64,000 nt of DNA, from the sequence record DRR378314_251; one strand, written 5' to 3'. This document shows, one piece after another, positions 18,700 to 27,971 of this stretch. Each line of letters begins with the position of its first letter. The first letter of the stretch is position 1. The translations under genes and the position numbers were made by a program. The notes beneath the pieces are model-generated. The model had not been told where the DNA came from, ran no database searches, and was given only the letters and a program-made list of their open reading frames with translations.

Positions 18700-21006
18700 T
18701 CAAAAATCGTATCCGACACTTACGCCAACGGTGCGCGGGCGAAGCCGATACGCACGGCTCTCTCCGGCCCAAACGGATTCAACCCACGTTAAATCTTCTG
18801 CGTCGAAAAGGTTGTGGACAAAGAATCGTGTCTTCACGTTTCCAAAATCCACTCCCGCAGAAAGATCGAGCAAGTCATATCCTCCAGCGTCAGGGCCTGA
18901 TCCGGAAAAGTTATTGTAGTATTCACCGACATACGAATAGTCCGCGCGGACAAATCCCTCCGACGAACCGACGCCAAAATGCTTTTCTACACCCAGCCGG
19001 TAGTTTACGTCGGCAGATCCCGGAACATCGTCTCCCTTTTGTCCCAAACTGGAATCTTCGCTAAGCGTGGCTTCGACATACGACCCACTCAAACTGAGCA
19101 CAACACTCTCTACCGGTTCAGCAAGAATCTCAAACTCCAAACCCTTAGACTGGGCCCGGCCATTATTAAACACTACCGCGCGACCAGTCGCCACTGTGGT
19201 CAGTGTGGTTGGGATACCTTGCCAATTAATCACGAATGCCGCTGCAGACACCTGCAATCGGTTGTTCAGCATGCGAGATTTGAAGCCAAGCTCACTATTC
19301 TCAACCGTATCCGAGGCAATGTTTTCAGAAACAGCGCGCTCGCTGCCATCCGTAAACTCATATAGACCATCATTGTCAGCGTCATTAACTGCCGGAGGAA
19401 GGGGCTGATAACCGCCTAGACGAAATCCCTCAGCCCACTGCGCATAAAACAAGGTGGAATCATTGGGCTCGTAAGAAAGGTTTACTTTGAAAGTTGACCC
19501 ATCATCCTCATTCTGCGTGGTAATGCCATTGCGATGATTTGAATTGCGCTGATCGTAAGAAAATGAGCGCCCACCCACTGTAGCACTCAGATAATCTGAA
19601 AATTCGTACGACACTTCACCAAAAATTGCGGTTTGCTGTTCGCTATAAGTCGCATCGCCAAGCACAGCGTTATACGCGGTATCAGGCGCAGGCAGCCTGC
19701 CCCCCCACGCGCCTACACCGTATCGGTACCTTTCCTTGTCCTCAAAATATGCGCCCACAATGTACTCAAAGGCGCCACCCAGCTCAGATACCAATCTTAG
19801 CTCTTGAACCCAAACATCATAATCTTGAATGTTAGAGGAGACGGTTGGACCGAATGTCGGACCAATCAAAAAGCTCAAGTCGAATTCACTGGTCGCACTG
19901 TGCTCGATATTTGATGTCGTACTCGTTAGACTTGCTGAACCGAAATCCAAGTCCGCGACAAAGTTGTAGATCTCAATGTTGTTTCGAAGGCTCTCAACCT
20001 CATCCCCCTCGCCGACCAGCACACGCGCCTGTTGATATGGCCCCGGCAAACCCAGGTCCACCTCCGGCCAACCGATCTGCTCATCCTCCTGATTTACGTA
20101 GTTTAATGAGAGCGAAATATCATCAACCGGTTGCCACAAAGCCGACAAGCGAAACCCGTTTGTATCGGTTGTGCCGATACCATCCACATCTTTCGCGACT
20201 CCCCCCATCGCAACCGTACCCACAATGTTCGGCGTAGGGTTACTCCCCGCAACATTGTCAATGTAGCCTTCATTATCCTGACCATAAGCTACAAGTCGCA
20301 CGGCAAGACGATCTGCCACAATCGGAACGTTTAAGACACCGTGGAGCGACTTATTCAGCTCGGACGCGTTTTCAGTCTGGGAAACCTCAACCTCTAGATT
20401 ACCCGAAAAGCTCGACACATCAGGCTGTCGTGGAATTACACGGACTGTACCGCCTAGCGATAGGGCTCCGTAGAGTGTGCCTTGAGGACCGCGCAAGACC
20501 TCAACTCTCTCGACATCGACCAATCGGAGATCAGCGTTACCTGCCTGGTTCCCGTTTCCGGAAGAGCCGAATGAAGTTACCGGAACTTCACCGAAATACA
20601 CGCCCACGGTTGAATTAGCTTCTGTCTGTGAACCGACACCAATACCACGAATGGTTATTGTGTTCTGACCGGCACCACGGTCCTGATACGACACTCCAGG
20701 TACGGTAGCGAGATAGTCATCCATTTTCACAAGATTGAGTCTATCTATGTCCCCTGCCCCCATCGCAAAGATAGAGCCCGCCGTATCGTACAGACTGGTC
20801 TCCCGCTTAGTAGATGTGACATATACAATATCTTCTATCCGCGCTTCGTCGGCGGCCAGCTCTTCCTCGTTACTGAGTTTCGCCCCTTCATCGCCAAACG
20901 CCGGCTGCAACAAGCAAACTGCAATCACCGTGAGAGATGCCGCCCGCCACCTCACTCGGACATAACTAACGGCATTTCCCCACATCCCATTTCCCGTACA
21001 ACGCAT
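18700..21006 (-). CDS. TonB-dependent receptor
   Basis: Signal peptide, plug motif DVERVEVLRGPQGTLYG, NLFD, C-terminal Phe; GGGAG RBS. Confidence 0.95.
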   Translation of the reverse strand: MRCTGNGMWGNAVSYVRVRWRAASLTVIAVCLLQPAFGDEGAKLSNEEELAADEARIEDIVYVTSTKRETSLYDTAGSIFAMGAGDIDRLNLVKMDDYLATVPGVSYQDRGAGQNTITIRGIGVGSQTEANSTVGVYFGEVPVTSFGSSGNGNQAGNADLRLVDVERVEVLRGPQGTLYGALSLGGTVRVIPRQPDVSSFSGNLEVEVSQTENASELNKSLHGVLNVPIVADRLAVRLVAYGQDNEGYIDNVAGSNPTPNIVGTVAMGGVAKDVDGIGTTDTNGFRLSALWQPVDDISLSLNYVNQEDEQIGWPEVDLGLPGPYQQARVLVGEGDEVESLRNNIEIYNFVADLDFGSASLTSTTSNIEHSATSEFDLSFLIGPTFGPTVSSNIQDYDVWVQELRLVSELGGAFEYIVGAYFEDKERYRYGVGAWGGRLPAPDTAYNAVLGDATYSEQQTAIFGEVSYEFSDYLSATVGGRSFSYDQRNSNHRNGITTQNEDDGSTFKVNLSYEPNDSTLFYAQWAEGFRLGGYQPLPPAVNDADNDGLYEFTDGSERAVSENIASDTVENSELGFKSRMLNNRLQVSAAAFVINWQGIPTTLTTVATGRAVVFNNGRAQSKGLEFEILAEPVESVVLSLSGSYVEATLSEDSSLGQKGDDVPGSADVNYRLGVEKHFGVGSSEGFVRADYSYVGEYYNNFSGSGPDAGGYDLLDLSAGVDFGNVKTRFFVHNLFDAEDLTWVESVWAGESRAYRLRPRTVGVSVGYDF

Positions 21007-21543
21007 GATTAAGCTCCCATCTGCGCTTCTAGCGCATGCTACCGATCGGGGACCTGACCATCCAGATCCACCATTGTTCCCAAGGAGTAAGGAGCGGGCG
21101 AAAACAGTACCGTCACAACTTCATCGAAAATGTTTTCTGCCAAATGCAATCAACTCTTGCGAACACATTACCTTTAGCTACCCACCGCTGCAGCGCACAA
21201 TTATCAAGTAATTACAGGTCTGTTTTCATTTCTGACGAATATTTTGAATTCGATCAGAGACGCATGTCGTCCAATCGACGGTTAAGGCATGTATTCCATA
21301 CCTGTCCGTCCTTAAAAAAGCGCTCGTCACTCTTCTCTCAAACTATCCGAAAGGTCGGCAATTCGGCGCTCTGACTGCATACTCCAATGACGTTGAGATG
21401 GATCCACCCAAAGGGAGATGCTCAAAAGTACGCCCAAGTGACTTACCGGCTCCAGAAGTAATTCGACTAAAGATTGGGTTCGCAGAACTGTGGTATTTTC
21501 AGCAAGTCTCTTCATGAGTTAAGGCAAGGTCTTAAATCCCTAA

Positions 21544-22473
21544 TTAATCGAGCGTGACCGGCACCCCTGGCTCGGGATAGATCAATGCAGCCCGAAATCG
21601 ATCCCGGACTATCTCTAGGTCTGACACAGGCCTGAGATAGAGATCGTATGTTGAATGATGGATTGGCAAAACAAGCTTCGGGTTTAGGTTTTCCTCGAAA
21701 ACAGCGACATCCTGCGCCCCCATACTCAATTGGCCAAGAGCCCCGGTGAACCCTACGGCTCCCATATGAGCCAAAAGCACATCGGGGGCATCTCTGGTTT
21801 CAGCGCCGCTCAGAACCCGCTCGGTTGGAAAGCTGTCTCCGGTCCAGTAGATGGTTCGACTCCATTTGCCCTGGAAAAAGCGGATGCGATAACCATTACC
21901 GCGCCCAAGGAGTTGATTGATTTCTTCATTCCGAGAATGGTCCGCAGGCACTGCTTCTATCTCAATGCCCCCCGAGCCAGCGGAAATCAAATGGCTCTGT
22001 CCCCAATCAAGAGACTGAACAGTAGAAAAGCCATAAGTTTGCAATTTCACCGCGTCATGCGGCGGCGCAAGCATCGGGATATCGGGATCAAGCTTCCTTA
22101 TGGCTCCCTGATCGAAATGATCTTCATGAGCGTGGCTCAAGACAACGGCATCTACAGACGTCAGGTTGACGTCCGGCAATGGAACAAGTCGTCTATGCTC
22201 AATAATGTTCGGGCCTTTCGCCAGATCGAACATTTCGTTCGGGTTCCCCATTTCGAAGTCATCTTCACCGAGTGTGGGATCTGTCAGCAGAGTAACACCA
22301 TTAAAGCGAATGAGTGCACTTGGCCCGCCCAGCCAGATCAGGTCGACATGTGGTGAACCCGCATCATTACTGGCGGCACCCTTCGGTGAAGTCAGAACGT
22401 CTTCGCTCGAACACGCCCCCACCATAAGGGTAAAAATCATCAACAATGACTGGGCTGACGGTAAACGCCGCAT
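21544..22473 (-). CDS. MBL-fold metallohydrolase lipoprotein
   Basis: Lipobox VGAC; LLTDP, SHAHEDHFD, WTGDS, PIHH; GAGGAG RBS before ATG 22473. Confidence 0.9.
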   Translation of the reverse strand: MRRLPSAQSLLMIFTLMVGACSSEDVLTSPKGAASNDAGSPHVDLIWLGGPSALIRFNGVTLLTDPTLGEDDFEMGNPNEMFDLAKGPNIIEHRRLVPLPDVNLTSVDAVVLSHAHEDHFDQGAIRKLDPDIPMLAPPHDAVKLQTYGFSTVQSLDWGQSHLISAGSGGIEIEAVPADHSRNEEINQLLGRGNGYRIRFFQGKWSRTIYWTGDSFPTERVLSGAETRDAPDVLLAHMGAVGFTGALGQLSMGAQDVAVFEENLNPKLVLPIHHSTYDLYLRPVSDLEIVRDRFRAALIYPEPGVPVTLD

Positions 22474-22755
22474 GACAGATGCTCCTCTGTGCAAAGAATT
22501 CAAGCTGGTAGACTGGCTCGATTTCCGCAATCAAATAAGAATGAGCGAATTATTCAACTTAGCTGAACAATGACTGTTGACTGCACGCACGAGGAAATTC
22601 CGGGTCCGCGCTCGCCATGAGATTCCAAAGATCATAGCCAGACTAGCAATTAAAAGCGCGTGGCGGGTCAGCTTTTCAAGCGGTCAGACGGTCTGCACGC
22701 GGTTGGTTTTTACCATCTCATGGCCATTTGGCTCACATGCCGCATGATCCAACGC

Positions 22756-23358
22756 TCAGGACTTGCAATGATGATCAGAAGCCCGATTGCGGCATCTGCC
22801 GAGGTAAAGCTCCTCTTGGCGGCTGACCTCTAGGCTGCATGTCTCGCGGTTTGCTTGTGGCACCGGTTCACCCTCAGCACCACGCGATTGCCGTGCATAC
22901 GCAGGCACCAGTGTCGAAAAGGATAAACCTTGCGCCAGTCTGGATGCCGTCATGACGGGTTCGCCAATATTCATGGATCCAGCATTGGTGAGAACAGCAA
23001 CGACCACATCGCAACCTTCATACCAGCCGACGTAGCCTGTATAGCCGAGCACGCTACCGCTATGGCCGATCATTACTCCGGATTTCGTTGTTTCTCGAAA
23101 AACGCCGTGGCCAACCCATGCAGGACAGTCTCCCCCGGCAATCAAGCGCCAGGATTTCAAAATTTTATAGCTTGCAGGACTGAGCAAGCTACCCTCTCGT
23201 AGAGCGGATCCGAACTTAGCCAGGTCACGCACCGAGGCAATTTGCATGACCAGATCGGTCCCTTCCGGTCTGGCTCTTGTTGGACTCTCACAAGAAGCCA
23301 AGAGCACCACGCATAGGGAAACGACAAGGAAGGATGAGGCTGCCTGAAGTTTCGACAA
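22756..23358 (-). pseudogene. Serine hydrolase (beta-lactamase/transpeptidase-like) lipoprotein with large in-frame internal deletion
   Basis: Lipobox LASC joined almost directly to C-terminal ASVRDLAKF...GHSGSVLGY...VAVLTN; N-terminal catalytic SxxK and YxN regions missing. Confidence 0.7.
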
Positions 23359-23679
23359 TGATCTCAGACCTGGATGCCGGCGAACATAAGCAATCTGAGA
23401 ACCTATTTATCTTCTTTATCTTCTGAAGTCTGATTTCTGAATGGAAGACCCGGACCAATGAGAACTTCATCAGACTGCACTTGGCAAGCCGCGCCGCAAC
23501 AAGCCTCTCCTGACATCATTGTCTGCGTTATTCGGACAATCGCATGACCAGGCTACTCGTTGGGCTGCCGCTTTCAAGTGTTCACCCAAGCTGAACTCAA
23601 TGTTGCCGAATAGCCAATATTCCCAGGCAGCTTCGACGCGTAGAGAGATGCCTTGCCAACTATGAGGGACAAGCCGGAA

Positions 23680-24564
23680 ATGCCTCATTCTTCACAGAGC
23701 CGACTCGCTGTCATTGCTGGCGTAACCCTCATGCTCGGTTATGCCATGGGGCAGACGATCGTCTGGTGCATTGCACGTTATCTCGGTGAACCGGTCAATC
23801 CGGAGATCCTATTCTTTTTCCGGAACCTTGTCGGTGCCTGCCTTGTCCTGCCTTCAATCATCCAGACCAGGGGGCAGATACTCCAGACAAAAAGAATGGC
23901 GACCCATTTTGCAAGGGCCATTGCCGCCTTGGTGGGTGGCCTTTCACTCTTTGTGGCGCTGGTCAATGCGCCCCTGGCGACGGTTGTCGCGATCACATTT
24001 CTCGCCCCGGTCCTTGCCAGCGCGTACAGCATCCTGATTGAAGGGAAAAAGGCTTCCATTTATCAAATTGTCGCGTTGGTCATCGCTTTTGTCGGGATGC
24101 TTGTTATTTTGCGGCCCTCCGCAACTGGAACACCGGTCGGCCTTTTTGCTGCGCTCCTTGCCGCGCTCGCGACGGCTGCGGCTTACATCTATGTTCGAAA
24201 ACTCTCTTCAACGGAATCGACCAGAACGCAGGTTGCCTATCCATTTCTATTCCTGTTGCCGCTCAGTGCCCTGATCGCATTGCCCAGATGGGATACTCCA
24301 GATCTGCGTGAACTCGCGCTGATCCTTGTTTTGGGTGGCGCCTTTGCCGGAGCGCAATACGCTCTGGCCCGAGCTTTTCTGCTTGCCCCGCCAAGCGTGG
24401 TCTTGCCGATAGATTTTTCACGGCTCCTTTTCGCGTCCCTGGCAGGAACCCTCCTGTTCCATGACATATATGACATGCAGACGACGATCGGCAGCATTTT
24501 GATTTTTGGAGCAGGCCTTCTGGTGGCACTCACACCGGCGCCTCAAACTAAGCCTGGAGACTGA
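23680..24564 (+). CDS. DMT/EamA family transporter
   Basis: About 10 TM segments; FFRNLVG, VILRP, YVRKLS; stop overlaps the next ATG (TGATG). Confidence 0.9.
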   Translation: MPHSSQSRLAVIAGVTLMLGYAMGQTIVWCIARYLGEPVNPEILFFFRNLVGACLVLPSIIQTRGQILQTKRMATHFARAIAALVGGLSLFVALVNAPLATVVAITFLAPVLASAYSILIEGKKASIYQIVALVIAFVGMLVILRPSATGTPVGLFAALLAALATAAAYIYVRKLSSTESTRTQVAYPFLFLLPLSALIALPRWDTPDLRELALILVLGGAFAGAQYALARAFLLAPPSVVLPIDFSRLLFASLAGTLLFHDIYDMQTTIGSILIFGAGLLVALTPAPQTKPGD

Positions 24565-25460
24565 TGCCCTACCCAGATGTCTATTTCCGGAGCGTGTTTG
24601 CGACTGAGCGTGGGGGCGGAAATCTCACGCCCGTCTTCACCGGATGCGAAGACCTGGGCACTGCCGAACGCCACGCCATCAGCCGAAAACTCGGCTGTTC
24701 AGAAACCGTGTTCATCGATGATATCCTGGGCGCCCCACAGGTTTACTTCTACACGCCGAGCATACAGGTTCCAAGCTGCGCTCATGGAACACTCGCTGCC
24801 GCGTCGGTCCTGTTCGAAGCCCGCCCTGGGGTGATGGGCCCGCAAACTGTATCAACAGAAGCAGGCTCCATCGAGTTGAAATACCTGCCATATGGTCGTC
24901 GGTCTTACGCATTTTCTCAGAACGCACCGGACTTTTTGGCGACACCTGCACCTGATGACCTGATCGCCTTGACGGGTCTTGCGCTGCGATGCCGCGAATG
25001 GACGTGCGGCACGATCGTTTCAGATCCAAGAATCTCCAGACGCCTTCTCTTGGACTGCGGGAAAGAAATGCATCTGACCAGTATCGCACCGGACTTCTCT
25101 CTTCTGTCTGACGTGTTGAAGGAACGCGATTTGACAGGCGTTTTTGCCTATGCACGCATTGACAGTAGCCTGATCAATGCACGATTCTTTGCACCGGCTA
25201 TCGGTATTGAAGAGGACCCGTGCAACGGCAATTCCAGTCTGGCTCTGGGCTTTCATATGCTCCGCCGAAGTTCCGGAAAGCATTCTGATTTAGCATCGAA
25301 AGAATGGATCATCCGACAGGGGCAATCAGAATGCCGGCTATCACTCGACAATATGGGATCAGAAGATAATCGATCTCAAACCTCACTGCGGCTCTCCGGT
25401 GAAGTGCTTCCGGCCCGCGTGCCCACAACGGCAATGGACGTTCTGAATTGGCTACCATGA
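24564..25460 (+). CDS. PhzF family isomerase/epimerase
   Basis: VF...GGN, SETVF, CAHGTLAAA, RFFAP..GIEEDPCNG. Confidence 0.9.
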   Translation: MPYPDVYFRSVFATERGGGNLTPVFTGCEDLGTAERHAISRKLGCSETVFIDDILGAPQVYFYTPSIQVPSCAHGTLAAASVLFEARPGVMGPQTVSTEAGSIELKYLPYGRRSYAFSQNAPDFLATPAPDDLIALTGLALRCREWTCGTIVSDPRISRRLLLDCGKEMHLTSIAPDFSLLSDVLKERDLTGVFAYARIDSSLINARFFAPAIGIEEDPCNGNSSLALGFHMLRRSSGKHSDLASKEWIIRQGQSECRLSLDNMGSEDNRSQTSLRLSGEVLPARVPTTAMDVLNWLP

Positions 25461-25474
25461 AGGGAGGGCCTGGA

Positions 25475-26767
25475 TCATGAGGGCATCATGTCAACTGGGT
25501 GCCCGATCCTGGATATAATATGTGCAGCGTATCCGGTTCCATCTTCCTGCCGTATTTTCTCACCGATCAAATCTGCCTGTCTCGCAAGGGCTGGATCTTC
25601 GACCAAACTCAAGAGCGCTTTGGACAGGTTTGAAACAGACAGTTTCTTTTGGGGAATGGGCGCAGGCCCCGCGCCAATTTCCGCAACGCGTTTTCCCCAG
25701 AAGGGTTGATCCCCCATAAAGGGAATGACAAGCGAAGGCTTGCCAGCTCTCAAACCTGCTGCGGTTGTACCTGCTCCTCCATGATGGACCAAACCTGCCA
25801 TCTGCGGGAACAGCCAGTCATGTGGCGCCTGGTCGATGACGAAAACACTCTCAGGCAGGTTCCCAGCTTTGATCCCGCCCCATCCTGTAGCGAGAATGGC
25901 ACGCACGCCCGCCAATTGAATCGCTTCCAGAATGATCGATGAAATCGCCTCCGGATTGGTTCCCGCCATGGACCCAAAACCGACATAAATCGGTGGTGCT
26001 CCAGCATGGATGAACGCTTCGAGGTCTTTCGGTGGCACCCAGTCATTACGCGCATCCAGAAACCAATATCCCGTCGTTACTGCTTCAGGGGGCCAATCGG
26101 CTGGCTCGGATATGACATGCGGGCTGTGTGCATGAAGGACCGGCACATGCTCCCCGTCTGCAGAGCACAACAGGCTCGGGCGAGGCCTTTTTGGCAGGCC
26201 TACTCTTTTGCGAAACTCGGATTTGTACTTTGCCGAAGAGACGGACATGACCCAGTTGACGACCTTGTAGGTTAGCCTGTTGTACCAGCCACCAATTTTC
26301 AGATCGGGAAACCCGACACTCGCATTCTCGGATGTCGCAACCATCATGGGAGCCAGCATGGTCAGGACGACGGGCTTTTCCAGCTTTTCACCAATATCCG
26401 GGGCTACATAGGTTTTTGGATGATAAATAATCAGATCGGGGTTCTGCCGCAGCGCAACTGTCCAGCAATCAGAAACGAGCGCCCTCTGCATCGGTCCGAC
26501 TTTTCTCAGCATGGCAAACAGCTGAAAGAGGATACCGATTATATTGGAACTCTTTTCCAGGATGGTTCGCCCTTCACTCGTGTCGAGCAAGCGAAGCATG
26601 TCATCGCTGAGACCATCGATGGCAAGGCCTTCGGCACGTATCTCATGGTTGAAGCGCTCACTTGTTGCCAGGACAACAGCATGACCTTCCGACTGAAGCC
26701 GCTTTCCGAGCGCGATATAGGGCTGAACGTCGCCCCTGCTCCCATATGTCAGTATGAGTATCTTCAC
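25475..26767 (-). CDS. GT1 glycosyltransferase (sterol glucosyltransferase-like)
   Basis: GSRGDVQPY, YVGFGSM, PHDWLF, HHGGAGTT, DQPFW; GTG start. Confidence 0.93.
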   Translation of the reverse strand: MKILILTYGSRGDVQPYIALGKRLQSEGHAVVLATSERFNHEIRAEGLAIDGLSDDMLRLLDTSEGRTILEKSSNIIGILFQLFAMLRKVGPMQRALVSDCWTVALRQNPDLIIYHPKTYVAPDIGEKLEKPVVLTMLAPMMVATSENASVGFPDLKIGGWYNRLTYKVVNWVMSVSSAKYKSEFRKRVGLPKRPRPSLLCSADGEHVPVLHAHSPHVISEPADWPPEAVTTGYWFLDARNDWVPPKDLEAFIHAGAPPIYVGFGSMAGTNPEAISSIILEAIQLAGVRAILATGWGGIKAGNLPESVFVIDQAPHDWLFPQMAGLVHHGGAGTTAAGLRAGKPSLVIPFMGDQPFWGKRVAEIGAGPAPIPQKKLSVSNLSKALLSLVEDPALARQADLIGEKIRQEDGTGYAAHIISRIGHPVDMMPS

Positions 26768-26937
26768 GAAGCTGCCTTATCCAATTGTGCCTGCCACCCA
26801 GGCAAGCCGACCATGAGGCAACATTGTCATCTATGCCCCGGGGTCGTCCAGCATATCGGAATTGCACTACACCTGAACACAGTGTTCAGCTATTTCTGAG
26901 GACGCAAATTCAAGAAAGAAATTTATCGATCCTTTCG

Positions 26938-26964
26938 TGTCACAAAAACGAGCGCCGTATCGTC
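26938..26964 (+). promoter_or_regulatory. ECF41 (SigJ-type) sigma factor promoter
   Basis: Exact TGTCACA-N16-CGTC, ending 39 nt before the ATG of a CMD/AhpD gene, the typical ECF41 target. Confidence 0.8.
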
Positions 26965-27003
26965 TTCCTCTCGGTACATGCTGACTATGAAAGGATCCCC
27001 CAC

Positions 27004-27435
27004 ATGACCAGGACTTCGCCCGTCAATATGCAGGCGGAATGCCCAGACATTCTGACGGCATTCGGGCAAATCGAACAAACCCTCTCAGAACGCGATATTG
27101 CGCCGGGGCTTCGCCACCTTGTCAAATTAAGAGCCTCGCAAATGAATGAGTGTGCCTTCTGCGTGAAAATGCACGCTAATGAAGCGCGACGCGACGGCGA
27201 GACGAGTCAGCGTATTGACCGGCTCACCGTGTGGCGTCAATGCGATGACTACACACCTGCGGAAAAAGCTGCTCTGTCATGGGCCGAAGCCCTGACCTGT
27301 TTGCCCGCTGATAGCCAGCTCGCAGAAATGAGGTCCACATTGCGCAATTACTATTCTGATAATCAGATTGCCTCTCTGACCGCCATCATTGCCATGATAA
27401 ATCTTTGGAACCGTATTGGTATTTCGCAACATTAG
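27004..27435 (+). CDS. Carboxymuconolactone decarboxylase / AhpD family protein
   Basis: LVKLRASQMNECAFCVKMH, EKAALSWAE, INLWNR; AAGGA RBS. Confidence 0.92.
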   Translation: MTRTSPVNMQAECPDILTAFGQIEQTLSERDIAPGLRHLVKLRASQMNECAFCVKMHANEARRDGETSQRIDRLTVWRQCDDYTPAEKAALSWAEALTCLPADSQLAEMRSTLRNYYSDNQIASLTAIIAMINLWNRIGISQH

Positions 27436-27473
27436 GCAAAGCCTTGCCGGAAGATGATTACCCTTTTCGATTG

Positions 27474-27505
27474 ATTGCGCCCAGGTTCCGAAATCTGGGC
27501 GCAAT
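27474..27505. terminator. Hairpin between convergent genes
   Basis: ATTGCGCCCAG-10 nt-CTGGGCGCAAT perfect 11-bp stem; weak U-tract. Confidence 0.5.
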
Positions 27506-27971
27506 GCATTTCAGCTCCGACCAAAACCATGACACATCATGCCTGGTGCTTTTTAAGAAACGCAATTTGAACTGGGCCTAACGGGCACGAGAAAACTGCA
27601 GGAAAACCATGCTTGTTGTCTCGCAGATGGCCGTGAAGAAACAGCCTCAAGCCCATCTGACTTGTTGGGCGAAAAGATGGTTTGGCATTAACATCACAAA
27701 CTCTCTCCTGCCTGCAAAGGCGGAGATCTTACTGATACAGAATCCGTAGACTGATCTTGCCTGCCTTTTGGGATTTTGGGCGCCTGAGATGTTTGCTCAC
27801 ACTTGCGGTGGAGCAAGGAAGTCTGTCCTCTGGACCTTTCATCGTTCCCAGTCCGGACAAACTGCGTCTGCTGGGGACATGTTTTATCGAGCGGCTAATA
27901 GATTGAAATATCGCCACCCGACGAATCGCGCGCCGGATGGCTGATCGCCCGGTCCTCTGAGATCATTTCCA

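Noticed and set aside
24564-25460. Phenazine biosynthesis, or a two-cysteine racemase
   Set aside because: No other phz genes; the second Cys appears one residue off the DapF catalytic position
27729-27917. STASVSKHLRR resembling a decayed LysR HTH
   Set aside because: Weak, short similarity
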